Assembly (NCBI GenBank): GCA_030390025.1
Contig: CM059438.1
Location: 65,474,001-65,538,000 of the forward strand
Origin: Squalus acanthias
Lineage: Eukaryota
Reading direction: 5' to 3'
Length of the DNA: 64,000 nt
In this document: positions 1 to 11,750 of the stretch, one piece after another
Position numbering within the stretch: the stretch's first letter is position 1
Layout of the letters: every line of letters starts with the position of its first letter
Position numbers and translations under genes: made by a program
Notes under the pieces: generated by a model
What the model was told of the DNA's origin: nothing
Database searches by the model: none
The model's input: only the letters and a program-made list of their open reading frames with translations

Positions 1-803
1 AAGATTGACAGCAGGCAGGAAACCCGCTGTCAACCTGCCTCCAATCAATCTTCCCGAGTGTCGGGTCCCCGATTTGCATATGGACCCGACACCTAGCGGC
101 GGGAAGAGGATTATAGCCACTTAACTGCCTGTTAAAGGGTGTTAACAGGCTCTTTTTCAATTTTGACACTTCTACTTCGGGCTTCCCAACATCCAGACAC
201 CACGCCAGGTAAGTGTGGCGTGTTGTGAGTCTGCTGTAATGTTTCTGCATTGATGACAGCTGCAGAAGTGGTGTGAAGGATCCAATGGTGCACTGGTGAG
301 TCTCAGAGGTAAGAAAATGTTGGGAAATTCATTTTTAATGCATTTAGACTTTTCTGTAGGTAACAAGTTTCGACTTGTATGTCTACTCCCACCTCATTGG
401 GAGAACCTCTCTCACCAGTGACAGATCGCTACTGTAACCTCACCTGCAGCTGCCATCTGTTCTAGCCTAAGGAGGGAGTTACTGGTGAGCCTGGGTGCAA
501 GAACTCACCTGTGAACAGTCATTGTCAGTGTTTGCAGCACCTCAATGCTGTCAAACACTGAGAAATGAGCTGTCAAAGAAAAATTGTGCGTGGCCCCTTT
601 AAGAAAATCGGCAGCTGACTCGTCATCAAATGATATCATCCGACCAGCTTCTTCTTAGTTGGCCAGCAAGCCCGCAGGGCGGGCATAACAAGGTCAATTG
701 ACGTAAAATCATGTCCGTGGGCCGGATGAAGTTGGGGGCGGGACTGGAACCCGGAAACCAGCTGACCCGCTCCCAAGCCGCATCGATCGAGAAAATCGCG
801 GCT
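1..803 (-). mobile_element. PIF/Harbinger-type non-autonomous DNA transposon (cut by window start)
   Basis: Reverse-complement homolog of 44330-45195 (spurious ORFs 172-366 and 44757-44966 match); ends aaaatcgcggct. Confidence 0.8.
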
Positions 804-1089
804 GAAGTCTCAGTAACAATCCCGACCTGCAGAATGAACTTCCCGTTCAAGGCGTTTCTTCATCACTGGATTAACTGTAAGCCTCTTTGATCATGTAGTT
901 CTTTTAACTTGAGATCTCTTATTGGGATAGTTTTGTCCTGTACATGAAGGTTAGAAGGCATCTGCAGCAATGCTACAATCGTGGAAAATGGACGTTCTTC
1001 ATTCCCAGTGACATTTGCCTGGATAGGAATATTTACATACTTTTGAATGCTTTTAAAATAATTTCCATGATCTTTTTGATTTTGCAAAG

Positions 1090-1295
1090 GACTGGACTGC
1101 CCAAGGGAGGCATTGGGGGCTGATTGAATTAGTAAATTCAAGAGCAATTTGGATAAGAAAGAAGGGAAGAACTTTATGTAACACCTTTCATAACCTCAGG
1201 ACGTTCCAAAGCGCTTCACAGCCAATAAGGTACTTTTGAAGTGTAGCCACTGTTCTAAAGTACCTGAAGAAAAAATTGATAGAGGAGTATGAGAG
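1090..1295 (+). pseudogene. Candidate exon split by a SINE-tail fragment (~1158-1260)
   Basis: Acceptor tttgcaaag|1090; reads LDCPREALGAD*ISKFKSNLDK [SINE] YLKKKLIEEYE; donor ag|gtatcg at 1296 (phase 2), which matches the phase-2 start at 1479. Confidence 0.4.
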
Positions 1296-1478
1296 GTATC
1301 GTTTACACTGAGACTGGCTTGATGGACTGCAGTGGTCCTTCCTAGGCCTATACATCCCTTTGCTCCTTTGGGAGGGAGAGTGGGTGTTAGCTGTTGTTGT
1401 TCTGATCCATTTACATTGAGGAGGTGATTTTAGCAACGCTCTGGATTTCATAACACAGTATTTCCAATCACATTACAG

Positions 1479-1728
1479 TTTGGTTACACACGCGAGAGTT
1501 TTGGAAGTGAAAGCACTTGCAGCAAGGCAAGGAGCAGAGTCTAGTTTCAGAAACTTGACTTGTTGAATATAGTCTTTCTCCAAATGAGTAGCTTCGAGCA
1601 AAACCAAGCACACATACAGTGCACGCTGAGAAATATTGTGACATTTTGTTCTGTGAAATCTGATTGCTGTGAACTTGGACCTTCTAGGGAGACAGAACAT
1701 CACTAATAATGTCAAAACCAATCACAAT
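1479..1728 (+). pseudogene. Candidate exon with frameshift(s)
   Basis: cattacag|1479 ... aat|gtgagt at 1729. Reads LVTHARVLEVKALAARQGAESS and, after a 1-nt shift near 1549, FQKLDLLNIVFLQMSSFEQNQAHIQCTLRNIVTFCSVKSDCCELGPSRE. Confidence 0.5.
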
Positions 1729-2326
1729 GTGAGTTGGTTTACCAGTGAGAAGGAATGTAAGGCCAATGCTTTGTCCCAGACAGATCAACTTTGATTAATG
1801 TAGCCCCAGTGAAGGCAGCATGTGTTGTTTGAGCATGAGCATTTAGTAACAGTCCCTTATGTAACAATGTTTTAATGAGGAAGAATCTGTCAGATTAACA
1901 GTCTGAAACTTGGAGTTTGTTAGCAGAGGTTGAGCTGTTGTACATAGAAAGAATAAAGTGTTTCCATTTATATAGCACTTTATCATGACTTCAGGATGCT
2001 CCAAGATCTCACAAACAGCATATGAGATGAATGATTGGTTATGTGATCTTTTTGGTGGTGTCATCTGAGGGAGGAATGTTGGCCAGGACACTGGCTCTTT
2101 TTCAGATAAGCCTATGAGATCTTATACACCCAACTGAACTCTTGCAGTATTGCATTGAAGTGCCATCCTAGGCTATGTGCTGTAGTGGGGCTTGAACCCA
2201 TGAACCTCAACTCAGGGGAGACTGCTACCAACTGAACCAAGCTGACACTGGCTTATTTGAACCATAATAAGTCTCATTTTTGACCTTCATCATTTGATGC
2301 TGGATTATTAAGAACCCTTGTAACAG

Positions 2327-2547
2327 TCTAACAGAAGACCAAGATGTGTGTGGGTGCCTTACTATTAGCTTGTGTTTCTAAGGAGTCATCAACAAAGTTT
2401 GCAATTCTCTTGTAGCGATTGAGATTGTAGGGTGACATCAGTTTGCAACCTTTAATACATTGGTTACTGTAGCACGTGTACGAAGACTGAGTGAAATAAA
2501 GGGATACAAATATGAACATGTGCTCCCATAGCTGTAGATGTTACAGA
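2327..2547 (+). pseudogene. Candidate exon with in-frame stops
   Basis: cttgtaacag|2327 ... cag a|gtgaat; LTEDQDVCGCLTISLCF*GVINKVCNSLVAIEIVG*HQFATFNTLVTVARVRRLSEIKGYKYEHVLP*L*MLQ. Confidence 0.35.
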
Positions 2548-3310
2548 GTGAATAGCAGAGCAATAACATTATGATTCAATTGATCTATGGATTGAGTTAA
2601 TTTGCAATTCTAATTAACCATGCTATACTAATACACAGAGTCATTGTATTGACATGGAGTATTAAACTTACAACACCAGTAATGTTAGGTAAAAGTAAAT
2701 TTCATCTGATACCCAAATTAAAATACTGGCCATAAAAAAATAAAATAGCACAATATCAGAGAACATACAAAATTTAAAAAAAGTACAAAGGACTTGAGCA
2801 TGTAATCAAGGCTGACATCTCAATACACTGCTGTGGGACTGCTAGATTGTCAGAGACGCTGTGCTGTTAGTGAAATGTTAAACTAAGATCGCATCTGCCT
2901 GCTTAAGTGGATGTAATGATCCTTGAAATAAATACTCGTTGTTAAAAACAGGAATATGTGTTATTTCCCTTTCTCTCTCTCTCTCTCACACAGAACCATC
3001 TTAATATAAAATTAGCACATTGAGTGTGGCAAGGTTTATTGTTACTTTACTTAAGCAAGCTAGTTCTGGTTTTCAAAATAAAAATGTGATCCTTAAAGAT
3101 GAAACTAAAAAATAATAGTGCATATGTTGAAATCTACTGAATTAAAATAAAAAAAAAACACTGGCAGCCAGCCCTATCTATAAAACCAATCCCTGAAGTG
3201 GATCGCCTTTTCATAAATTTTGTCTTGGGCGGTTGTCACAACAAATATATTAAAGCTGTAAATAAAGTGTCTCCTCGATCTTTCTCCTAGATAATGTATG
3301 AGAACACAAT

Positions 3311-3966
3311 GAGGCAGATATTCCGATCCCTACGGGTGGGTACTCGCTATGTACTCACCCGTAGGGACATCGGAAATGCTGGTTTCAGGCATGCACTGCG
3401 CATACGCTGGAAACCGGCATTTCCGATCTGTCAAGAATGCTCGACAGATCCTCCGCCTGCCCTGGAGAAGGGCCTCTGCGGGCGGAGAGTTACGTTTTTT
3501 GGAGACGCTCCGTCCGCAGAAAACACTTACAATTCTTGCGCCTGTAAAAGAAAGGTAAGCTTATTTTTAGCCCTGTTAAAAACTTTAATTACTTTTTTCA
3601 AAAATTTTTGTTTAAAATAGTTAATTTGTGTAATTTATAGTCATTTTAAAAATGTGATTAAAAAAAAAATTATTTGACGTTTTACTTATGTTTTGGGGGT
3701 GATCTCTATTCACAGATTTGACAGGTCTTCCTGTCAAATCTATGAATGGAGATTCCCTGCTCTGATTGGCTCCCCATGGCCCACGTGATCCCAGGGACGC
3801 TGCGATCCGCCTGCGCTCCTGGGATACGCGTGCCCTGCACACCGGCAGTTCAAAGAGGCACAGCAACGGAACTCTGCGCCTCCCGGGAGCCCTCCGGTCC
3901 AGGCGCAGATTTTTCCAAATCGCAGCCCTCCGCCCGCGGGAGGCCTGCGAACGGAATTTCTGGGCC
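3311..3966 (+). mobile_element. Harbinger-type MITE
   Basis: Termini gaggcagatattccg / cggaatttctgggcc, 3-bp TSD AAT; shares internal blocks with 4752-4986, 6957-7721 and 62376-63135. Confidence 0.8.
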
Positions 3967-4019
3967 AATAAGCTTCATGTAACAGGGTTAAATGAAAGGG
4001 GAATGTTTGGGAAATAGAA

Positions 4020-4521
4020 GGCTTGCTTTTACTCCACTATCCAACCCAAATCGAGTGGGATAGCGATGGGATAACCGGGAAGATCAGGCAATGAGGCCTA
4101 CCATCAGGTTCCCCCGAATACGACCTCAATTTCCCCATTATCACCTCAGCCAGTAAGGCGACAGGCTGCCCCATCCCCATTGGCTGCATGTAAATGGCCA
4201 GTGGGGAGGTGCCACCCAATTTCCCTTTGTGCCGTCACTGATGGTGCTAATCCTGGGGACTGCCAGTAGAGGTGGTCCCTGAGGTGGCGACGGCAAGTCC
4301 TCATTGTGCTGCAGTGGGTGTGCCATTGCAGTCGTGCCGTGTCTACCTCTTCCTCCTCCTCCTCCTCCGCAGCAGCAGGCTCCTTATCAGTAGTAGGAAC
4401 TCCATCAGGAGCCCGCTCTACATAAGTCATCACCTATGACCCAGGAAAATGGGTCAGGGTCAGAGCGGGGTCAGGTTGGGGGGCAGAAGTCCCACCCTCG
4501 ACAAAGAGGAAAATCCAAGCC
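4020..4521. mobile_element. Harbinger-type non-autonomous element
   Basis: Termini ggcttgctttt / aaaatccaagcc; GC-rich interior with acidic (poly-Glu) coding-like remnant on the - strand. Confidence 0.55.
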
Positions 4522-4751
4522 AAGATCTTTTAAAGGGACATTGTTCTATTTTACTGTTGTCTTTATTTTACAACTATGATCCCAACAGTAGCTCTACATT
4601 ATAAACAAGGTGGAGCTAACCTATTGACACGGGTAGGGAATTGGTTAGGAGGTAGAAGACATAGAGTAGGGCTAATGGTTATGTACTGAAATTGGCCGGA
4701 TATGACTAGTGGTGTCCCCCAGGGATCTGTACTGGAGCTTCAGCCTTTCAA

Positions 4752-4986
4752 TGGCCCGTATTTTCCGATGCCTATGGGTGTGTACGAGCTGTGTACACGC
4801 CCGTAGGGACATCGGAAATGCCGGTTTCAGGCATGCGAAGCGCATGCGCTGAAAACCGGCATTTCCAATCTGTCGGACACCTGCCCTAGAGAAGGGCCTC
4901 TGCAGGTGGAGAGTTCCGCTTTCTGCAGAACCTCCGCCCGCTGAAAACCCTTAGAAATCTTACGCCTTGTAAAAGCAGGCGTAAGA
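4752..4986 (+). mobile_element. Left half of a Harbinger-type MITE, truncated by CR1
   Basis: Starts ggcccgtattttccg; colinear with 3311-3560. Confidence 0.7.
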
Positions 4987-6584
4987 CGAACACCCAAGTC
5001 CAAGTCATTAATATCTATCAAGAAAAGCAGTGGTCCTAGTACTGACCCCTGGGGAACACCACTGTGTACCTTCCTGCAGTCCGAAAAACAACCGTTCACC
5101 ACTACTCTCTGTTTCCTGTCCCTCAGCCAATTTTGTATCCATGCTGCCACTGTCCTTTTAATTTTATGGGCTTCAATTCTGCTGGCAAACCTATTATGTG
5201 GCACTTTATCAAACGCCTTTTCGAAGTCCATGTACACCACGTCAACCACATTGCCCTCATCAACCCTCTCTGTTACCTTATCAATAAACTCGATCAAGTC
5301 AGTTAAACACGATTTGCCTTTAACAAATCCATGCTGGCTTTCCTTAATTAATTCACACTTCTCCAAGTGACTGTTAACTTTGTCCCTGATTATCGTTTCT
5401 AAAAGCTTCCCCACTACCGAGGTTAAACTGACTGGCCTGTAGTTGCTGGGTTTATCCTTACACCCTTTTTTGAACAAGGGTACAACATTTGCAATTCTCC
5501 AGTGCTCTGGCACCACCCCCATATCTAATGATGATTGGAAGATTATGGCCAGTACCTCCGCGATTTCCTCCTTAACTTCCCTCAACATCCTAGGATGTAT
5601 CCCATCCAGTCCTGGTGACTTATCAACTTTAAGTACAGACAGCCTTTCTAGTACCTCCTCTTTATCAATTTATATCTTGTCCAGTATCTCAACTACCTCC
5701 TCTTTCACTATGACGTTGGCAGCATCTTCTTCCTTGGTGAAGACAGATGCAAAGTACTCATTTAGTACCTCAGCCATGCCCTCTGCCTCCACGCGTAGGT
5801 CTCCTTTTTGGTCCCTAATTGGCCCCACCCCTCCTCTTACTACCCTTTTGCTATTTATATGCCTATAAAAGACTTTTAAATTCACTTTTATGTTATCTGC
5901 CAATTTATTCTCATACTCTCTCTTTGCCCCTCTTATTTTCTTTTTCACTTCCCTTCTGAACTTTCTATATTCAGCCTGATTCTCACTTGTATTCTCAACC
6001 TTACATATATGTTATACGCGCTCTTTTTCTGCTTCATCTTACTGTCTATCTCTTTCATCATCCAGGGAGCTCTGGCTTTAGGTGCCCTACCTGTCCCCCT
6101 CATGGGAATGTATCTCAACCGTACCCAAACCATCTCCTCTTTAAAGGCAACCCATTGTTTGATTACAGTTCTGCCTGCCAATCTTTGATCTGTTCTCAAC
6201 TTACTGAAATTTGCCTTCCTCCAATTGAGTGTTTTTACTCTAGATTGCTCCCTGTCCTTTTCCATATCAAATCTAAACTTTATAATACTATGATCACTGT
6301 TCCCTAAATGTTCCCCGACTGACACTTGCTCCACTTGACCCACCTCATTCCCCAGAACCATATCCAGCAATGCCTCCTTCCTCATTGGGCCGGAAACGTA
6401 CTGATCAAGAAAGTTCTCCTGAACACACTCCAGAAATTGTTCCCTTTACACTATTACTATCCCAGTCTATATTAGGATAATTGAAGTCCCCCATTATTAC
6501 TACTCTATAGTTCTTGCACCTCTCTCCAATTGCCCTGCAAATTTTCTCCTCTATATCTTTCCCACTAGTTGGCGGCCTATAGAA
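4987..6584 (-). mobile_element. CR1 LINE ORF2 fragment (APE end plus RT), disrupted
   Basis: YRPP...MGDFN, LLDMVL...SDH, NYRPVSLTS, QHGF, DFEKAFDKV and GVPQGSVLGP in ORFs 6405-6623, 5945-6385, 5670-5948 and 4827-5588. Confidence 0.92.
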
Positions 6585-6956
6585 TCCTGTCACAGGCCTG
6601 TACAGACATGCCCTCCACCCCACCCCACCAATATCAGGGAATGTCCAGAGCCATGAAACTTAGTTTAAATTTAAGATTAAGACATATATAAAAAAAGTAC
6701 TTATCTGAAGACTGTAAATGATGGGTGCCACAGTGCCACCTGCGCTGCAGACGGGCCACAGAGATCTCAGAAATAAATAAGCAACAGCGCCGTTTACCCT
6801 GGAGGCCAAGTGCAGAGCATTCAGTCAGAGGTAAGTAAGATGAATAGAAATTCATGAGCATTACAGAAAAAGCTTGACAGAAATAGCATGACAAAATAAG
6901 GAAGAGGAAGTAAGTGTTGTACTTCAAGGAAACAGGCACCCTATACAAGACACGTT

Positions 6957-7721
6957 GGCCCAGAAATTTGAATCGGAGGCTTGCCGCGGGGGTAAGGATC
7001 GCGCGCGATATCACACTCCGCGCCGGCCGTTGTGTTTTGGGCCCACAGGAACTTCGGGTCCTGGGCCTCTCCCTAGTGCCGGCGCGCAGTGTGTGCGTGT
7101 CCCAGGGGCGCAGTTAGTGCGATGCGACCTCTGGGATCACGTGGGCCATGGAGAGCCAATGGCAGCAGACCATCTTTCATTCATAGATTTGACAGGAGAC
7201 CTGTCAAATCTGTGAATTGAAAGAGACCCCAAAAGAACAGCTAAACCTCAAATAATTTTTTTTTTAAAACCATCACATTAATAAAATAACTATAGTTAAA
7301 TAAATTAACCACTTTAAACAAAAATTTAAATTTTTGAAAAATTTAAAACATTTTTTAAAAGTTATAAAAATAAACTTACCTTTCTTTAAAGTCTCTAAAA
7401 AAGATAGACCTGTTGAAAAAAATTAAAAATTATACTTAATTAACTACTTACCTTGTTCAAAAGGGGTCTTACGCCTCCTTTTTTCTTGTGTAAAATCTTC
7501 CATACTTACCCTCGCGTTGAAACCTGAAAAAAAACCTAAGTGTGCTGCGTGTGCACAGCCTCTAGCATGCACGCGGTTCACTTAGGAACCGCCCCCTTCG
7601 CCATACCGGAAGTGCCGGTTTCCCACACATGCGCAGTGCATACAGGAAACCGGCAGTTCGGGATCTAATACGGGTGAGTACGCAGCGGGTACTCTCCCGT
7701 ATTCGGCCGAATTTTTGGGCC
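6957..7721 (+). mobile_element. Harbinger-type MITE (young family)
   Basis: TIR ggcccagaaatt / aatttttgggcc; near-identical inverted copy at 62376-63135. Confidence 0.85.
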
Positions 7722-7857
7722 AATAGCAAAATACTCTGGATGCCGGAAATCTGAAATAACAACAGAAAATGCTGGAAACATTCAGCAGGTCAGGCAGCAT
7801 TGAGGAGAGAGAAACAGAGTCAACGTTTCCAGTCGGGGATCCTTCGTCAGAACTCTG
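7722..7857 (-). mobile_element. Penelope-like element 3' fragment with minimal hammerhead motif
   Basis: - strand cagagt-t-CTGACGA-aggatccccgactg-GAAAC-gttg-actctg; same tail as the GIY-YIG copy at 22755-23377. Confidence 0.7.
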
Positions 7858-8115
7858 GTGTTATCAATAAAGTGTGATGGGAAAAACATCAGCAGGATAT
7901 ATAAGTGTGATGCTCAGATTAAGTGCATGCTGTATCCAAAACCTTTAATATTATATAGATCGATGTATGAGTTAGATAGATAGCTACGCACATGTACAAA
8001 ATTGTTGAGAGACAATGCAAGGCATAATTTAATTTTGGAATCCATAAACTAGTTGAGATGCACTGCCATGCTTTATGATGTGTGAACACCTCAACTACAT
8101 TCTTACTTACTGCAG

Positions 8116-8350
8116 GCTATCCTTGATGCTCAATTTTATAAATGATTCCTGTCAGCTGTAAACAGTTACATTGCTACTGCCTGGATGTTCTCTCTGTGGG
8201 ATAATGTATTGCAGCTGTAAGAGCGCACTCACAGTCAATTGTCAGCTGCCAGGGGCATCATCCCTTCCTGAGATCAGCTCTGCAGGCTGAAGGGAACGCC
8301 AGAGGGGCTACGCGACACTGCGGGGGAAATGCAGAATCCAATGCAAGAAG
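8116..8350 (+). pseudogene. Candidate exon (reading frame ambiguous)
   Basis: tcttacttactgcag|8116 ... aag|gtagaa. The phase-1 reading YP*CSIL*MIPVSCKQLHCYCLDVLSVG*CIAAVRAHSQSIVSCQGHHPFLRSALQAEG... joins 14320 directly. The phase-0 reading AILDAQFYK*FLSAVNSYIATAWMFSLWDNVLQL*... would need exon 9816-9960. Confidence 0.5.
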
Positions 8351-9231
8351 GTAGAATTTACACTAAGAAGTGAAATAGTAAGTGCTGGAAATCAAAACAG
8401 GGAACATTGGAGGAATGCAGCAGATCCGTCAGCACCTGTTAAAAGACAGGTTAATATTTCAAAAGTTAGATTCTCCTGAAGATCTCGAGGGGCGGAGGGG
8501 TGAATTTTCACCTTCACCACTTGAGCAGTAGATTGGCAGTGTGGATTCACCCGCCCTCCCCCTCCACCATTATAGAACCTGCCTAATTTTTGTTTCTATT
8601 GATTGCAATGGAAATGAAATGGGGTGGGATCTATAAGGCGGCGAGCAATCCACACCACCACATTGCTGCCCAAGTGGGAACGTTGATAATGACCCCCAAG
8701 GTATCTATCACCTTGTCTTTAGATGCTCATGAGCCTTCTGTATATTTGCAACATTCCCCGAGAATTTTTGTACTTTTTTTTAATGAAATGATATTTGAGA
8801 TGTTCCCATTGATGTTCGCACAGTTCTTGCGCACGCTCTCTGTTCTCTTCCTCTATTCCCTTAATAGATTTGTTTCAATTCTTTTAAATTTGGGTGCAAA
8901 AAGAACAAAAACAAACGAGGAAAGTATGAAAACACAAATAAATTGTTCATCAAACTCTCAATGGGTAAATACAAGACTGATGTGGTACAGACCCATTAGA
9001 AATTCATTGAGCAGCCAAAGTTTGATCCATGGCCATTTGTGAGTTGGCTGAGTTCATGAAGGAAGTAGGATGGCTGCTACAACTGGTGTCAGCTCCTCTG
9101 GGGCGGTGTAAAAATTGCAATGTTCCCATTCCTGATCGCAGTCCATTGATGTCTATTGAAAGTGTTTGTGTGTGGACATTGGGTGAAGACGAGGCATGCT
9201 TGGCTGCAATAAGCCCAATGTTCCAGTACAA

Positions 9232-9690
9232 AAGAAAGACTTGCATTTATATAGGGCCTTCCACGACCTCATGATGTCCCAAAGCGCTGTACAGCTAATT
9301 AAGTACTTTTAAAGTGTAGTGACTGTCGTAATGTAGGAAACACGGCAGCCAATTTACACACAGCAAGGTCCTACAAACAGCAATGACAAAAATTACTGGA
9401 TCATCTTTTTTAATGATGTTGAGTGAGGGATAAATATTTGCCAGGACACTGGGAAGAACTTCTCTGCTCTTCTTCAAATAGTGCCATAGGATTATTTACG
9501 TCCACCTGAGAGAGCAGACGGAGTCTTGGTTTAATGTGTCATCCGAAAGACGGCACCTCGGACAGTGCAGCACTCTCCCAGTGTGGAGTGTCAGCTTAGG
9601 TCATGTGCTCAAGTCTCTGGATTGAGGCTTAAACTCACAACCTTCTGACTCGAAGGCAAGAGTGCTACCAACTGAGCCACAGATGACACC
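9232..9690 (-). mobile_element. tRNA-derived Deu-domain SINE (SacSINE1-like)
   Basis: A/B-box head, Deu core (taaacc.ag...ggcactatttgaagaagag...gtgtcctggc) and tataaatgcaagtctt tail. Further copies or fragments at ~1950-2250, 11815-12155, 15240-15535, 22620-23545 (split), 38060-38240, 42130-42590, 46130-46570, 58165-58590 and 63350-63760. Confidence 0.85.
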
Positions 9691-10679
9691 ATAGTCTGCC
9701 AGTACCAAATACAGTACCTTGAGTTTACACTCGAAAAATGCTCCCCTTGGGTGAGGGACTAAAAGGCTACTGGCATCAGCGGAACTGTATTTCAACATAA
9801 GTTAGTGACTTTCAGAGAGGAGAGGAGAGAAGGCTAAAAAGAAAAAGCTAAATAATGAGGAAAGGATGACTAGGCTGTATGACAACTGAGAAACCTGCAC
9901 ATGGAGTGGATTATAGCGAGAGAGGCTCTGTGCGGTTACTGTACGGACCATTGTTTGCTGGTGAGGATTGCCTCAGTGAGGAAACAGCACTTATCCCAAT
10001 AGAGACTGGTGTACCTGAATTAGCCAAGAGTGCCATTTCCACTTCCTAAGTGAAGTCCGCGCACTATTTGGTGATGGCTCATAACAGCTTCATGAAGCAT
10101 GCACAAATCCCATTTGTTCCGTTTCGCATGTCTGCGATGCTAAAGTGTAAAATCATTACAAACCGTTATTGAGATTCCAAAATACCAACTTAGGTATCCA
10201 TAGCATTCCTCTCATGCAGAAAGTACTTTACTTGGGGGAAGGGTGGACAGTCAGCAGGAGGGAAAAAGCGAAGGAGTTTCAACTTGGGCAGGGGCAGAAA
10301 ACAGGTGGTAGGTCCATCGGCCGCCCGTTATACACCCATGGATGGAGGAAAAGTGGGCGGGGTGGACAACAGACGGCCGATCGCTACCACTCATTTTACA
10401 TCCCACCACCCCCAGATTGAAGTTGACAGTTCCGCCCAGTAGGTGGGGTTACGGTGTCAATTAAGAGTAGGGTTCTTAGGAGGCTTTTGAAAGTCAAAAG
10501 GGAGGTGGCAAGTAAGTGGATTCCAGAAGGCGGGGATTAATGACTGAAAGAATGGCTTCAGATGGTGGAGTGGAGGGAGTGAAGATTGAGGGTTACTGGG
10601 CGCTGCTTGGATTGGAGGTATTGGAAGTGCTAGGCCCTTTGATCTTGATATGTATGATAGGAGTGCTATATTAATACTT

Positions 10680-11750
10680 GAAGGGAAAATAAATACAGGA
10701 CTATTGGGACAGAGTCGGGGAGTGGGACTAATTGGATAGCTCTTTCAAAGAGCTAGCACAGAGGTGATGGGCTGAATGGCCTCCTTCTGTGCTGTATCAT
10801 TCTATGATTCTATGTATAGATGATTTGGACAAGCATAGGGAGCATGATATTGACATTTTCTGCCAACACAAAAGTAGTGACTTGGGCCAACTGTGAGGCA
10901 GACTGCAAATGACTTCAGGAGGACATAGATAGTTTAGCAGAATGGGCAGGTAAGTGGCAGGTTCAATTTAGTACTGAGAATTATGTGGTGCTCGCCGGTG
11001 TGAAGTAATAGGTTTTCAGAGAAAAACAAGAAATGGGACCATACACTCATTAAAAGATGCTGAAACATGGGAACAACAGAAAGCCTTAGGGGTCAAATAA
11101 AGAATTCCATGGAAGTGTGAGTGCAGATAGATAAAGCTATAAATAGCTTTTGGATTTTAGAGTACAAGAGTGAAGAGGTGATAACAGATTTGTACAGGCA
11201 ATAGTTTGGCCACACTTCTGAATGCTTTATTGTAGACAGGATTTTAAAACTGCAGAGAACTGTACAGCATAGCTTCACGAGGATGATGCCGGGGATGGGA
11301 AACCATGATTGAAAAGGAGAGACCTGTGATACTGGGACTACTTCCAGTGGAGTACAGAAGACTGAGATGAAATTTGATGAGGTTTTTAAAACTATGAAGA
11401 GTTTTGATACAGTGAATAAGCAAAGACTATTTCCTCTGCTTGGAGAGTCAGTGATGAGCAGTAATCAATTTAAAATGATCACTAAGAGAGTGGGAAGAGA
11501 AATTAGGAGATACGTCTTTAAACAGAGGGTTGTTGGCGCATAGGAATGCTTTGCCACAGGGAGTGGTTGAGGCAGAGACCATTGCATCCGTTAAGGGAAA
11601 ACTGGCTAAATTTGAAGCAGAGGAAGATACGAGGCTATAGGGAGAGAGCAGGGCAGTAGAATTAGTTTAGGATTGTTGTAGGAAAGAACCTGTACAGACA
11701 CGATGAGTTGAATGGCCTCCTTCTGTGATATAAACCTCTATAGTTCTAAG
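10680..11750 (+). mobile_element. Old CR1 3'-end fragments
   Basis: Degenerate RT C-terminal sequence and CR1 tails (gaatggcctccttctgtg...ttctatgattctatg). Confidence 0.7.

Noticed and set aside
1479..1600. Dynamin/mitofusin G5-like motif in ARVLEVKALAARQGAESSF
   Set aside because: No G1-G4 motifs lie upstream in the window and the frame shifts immediately afterwards, so the evidence is too weak to name the gene.
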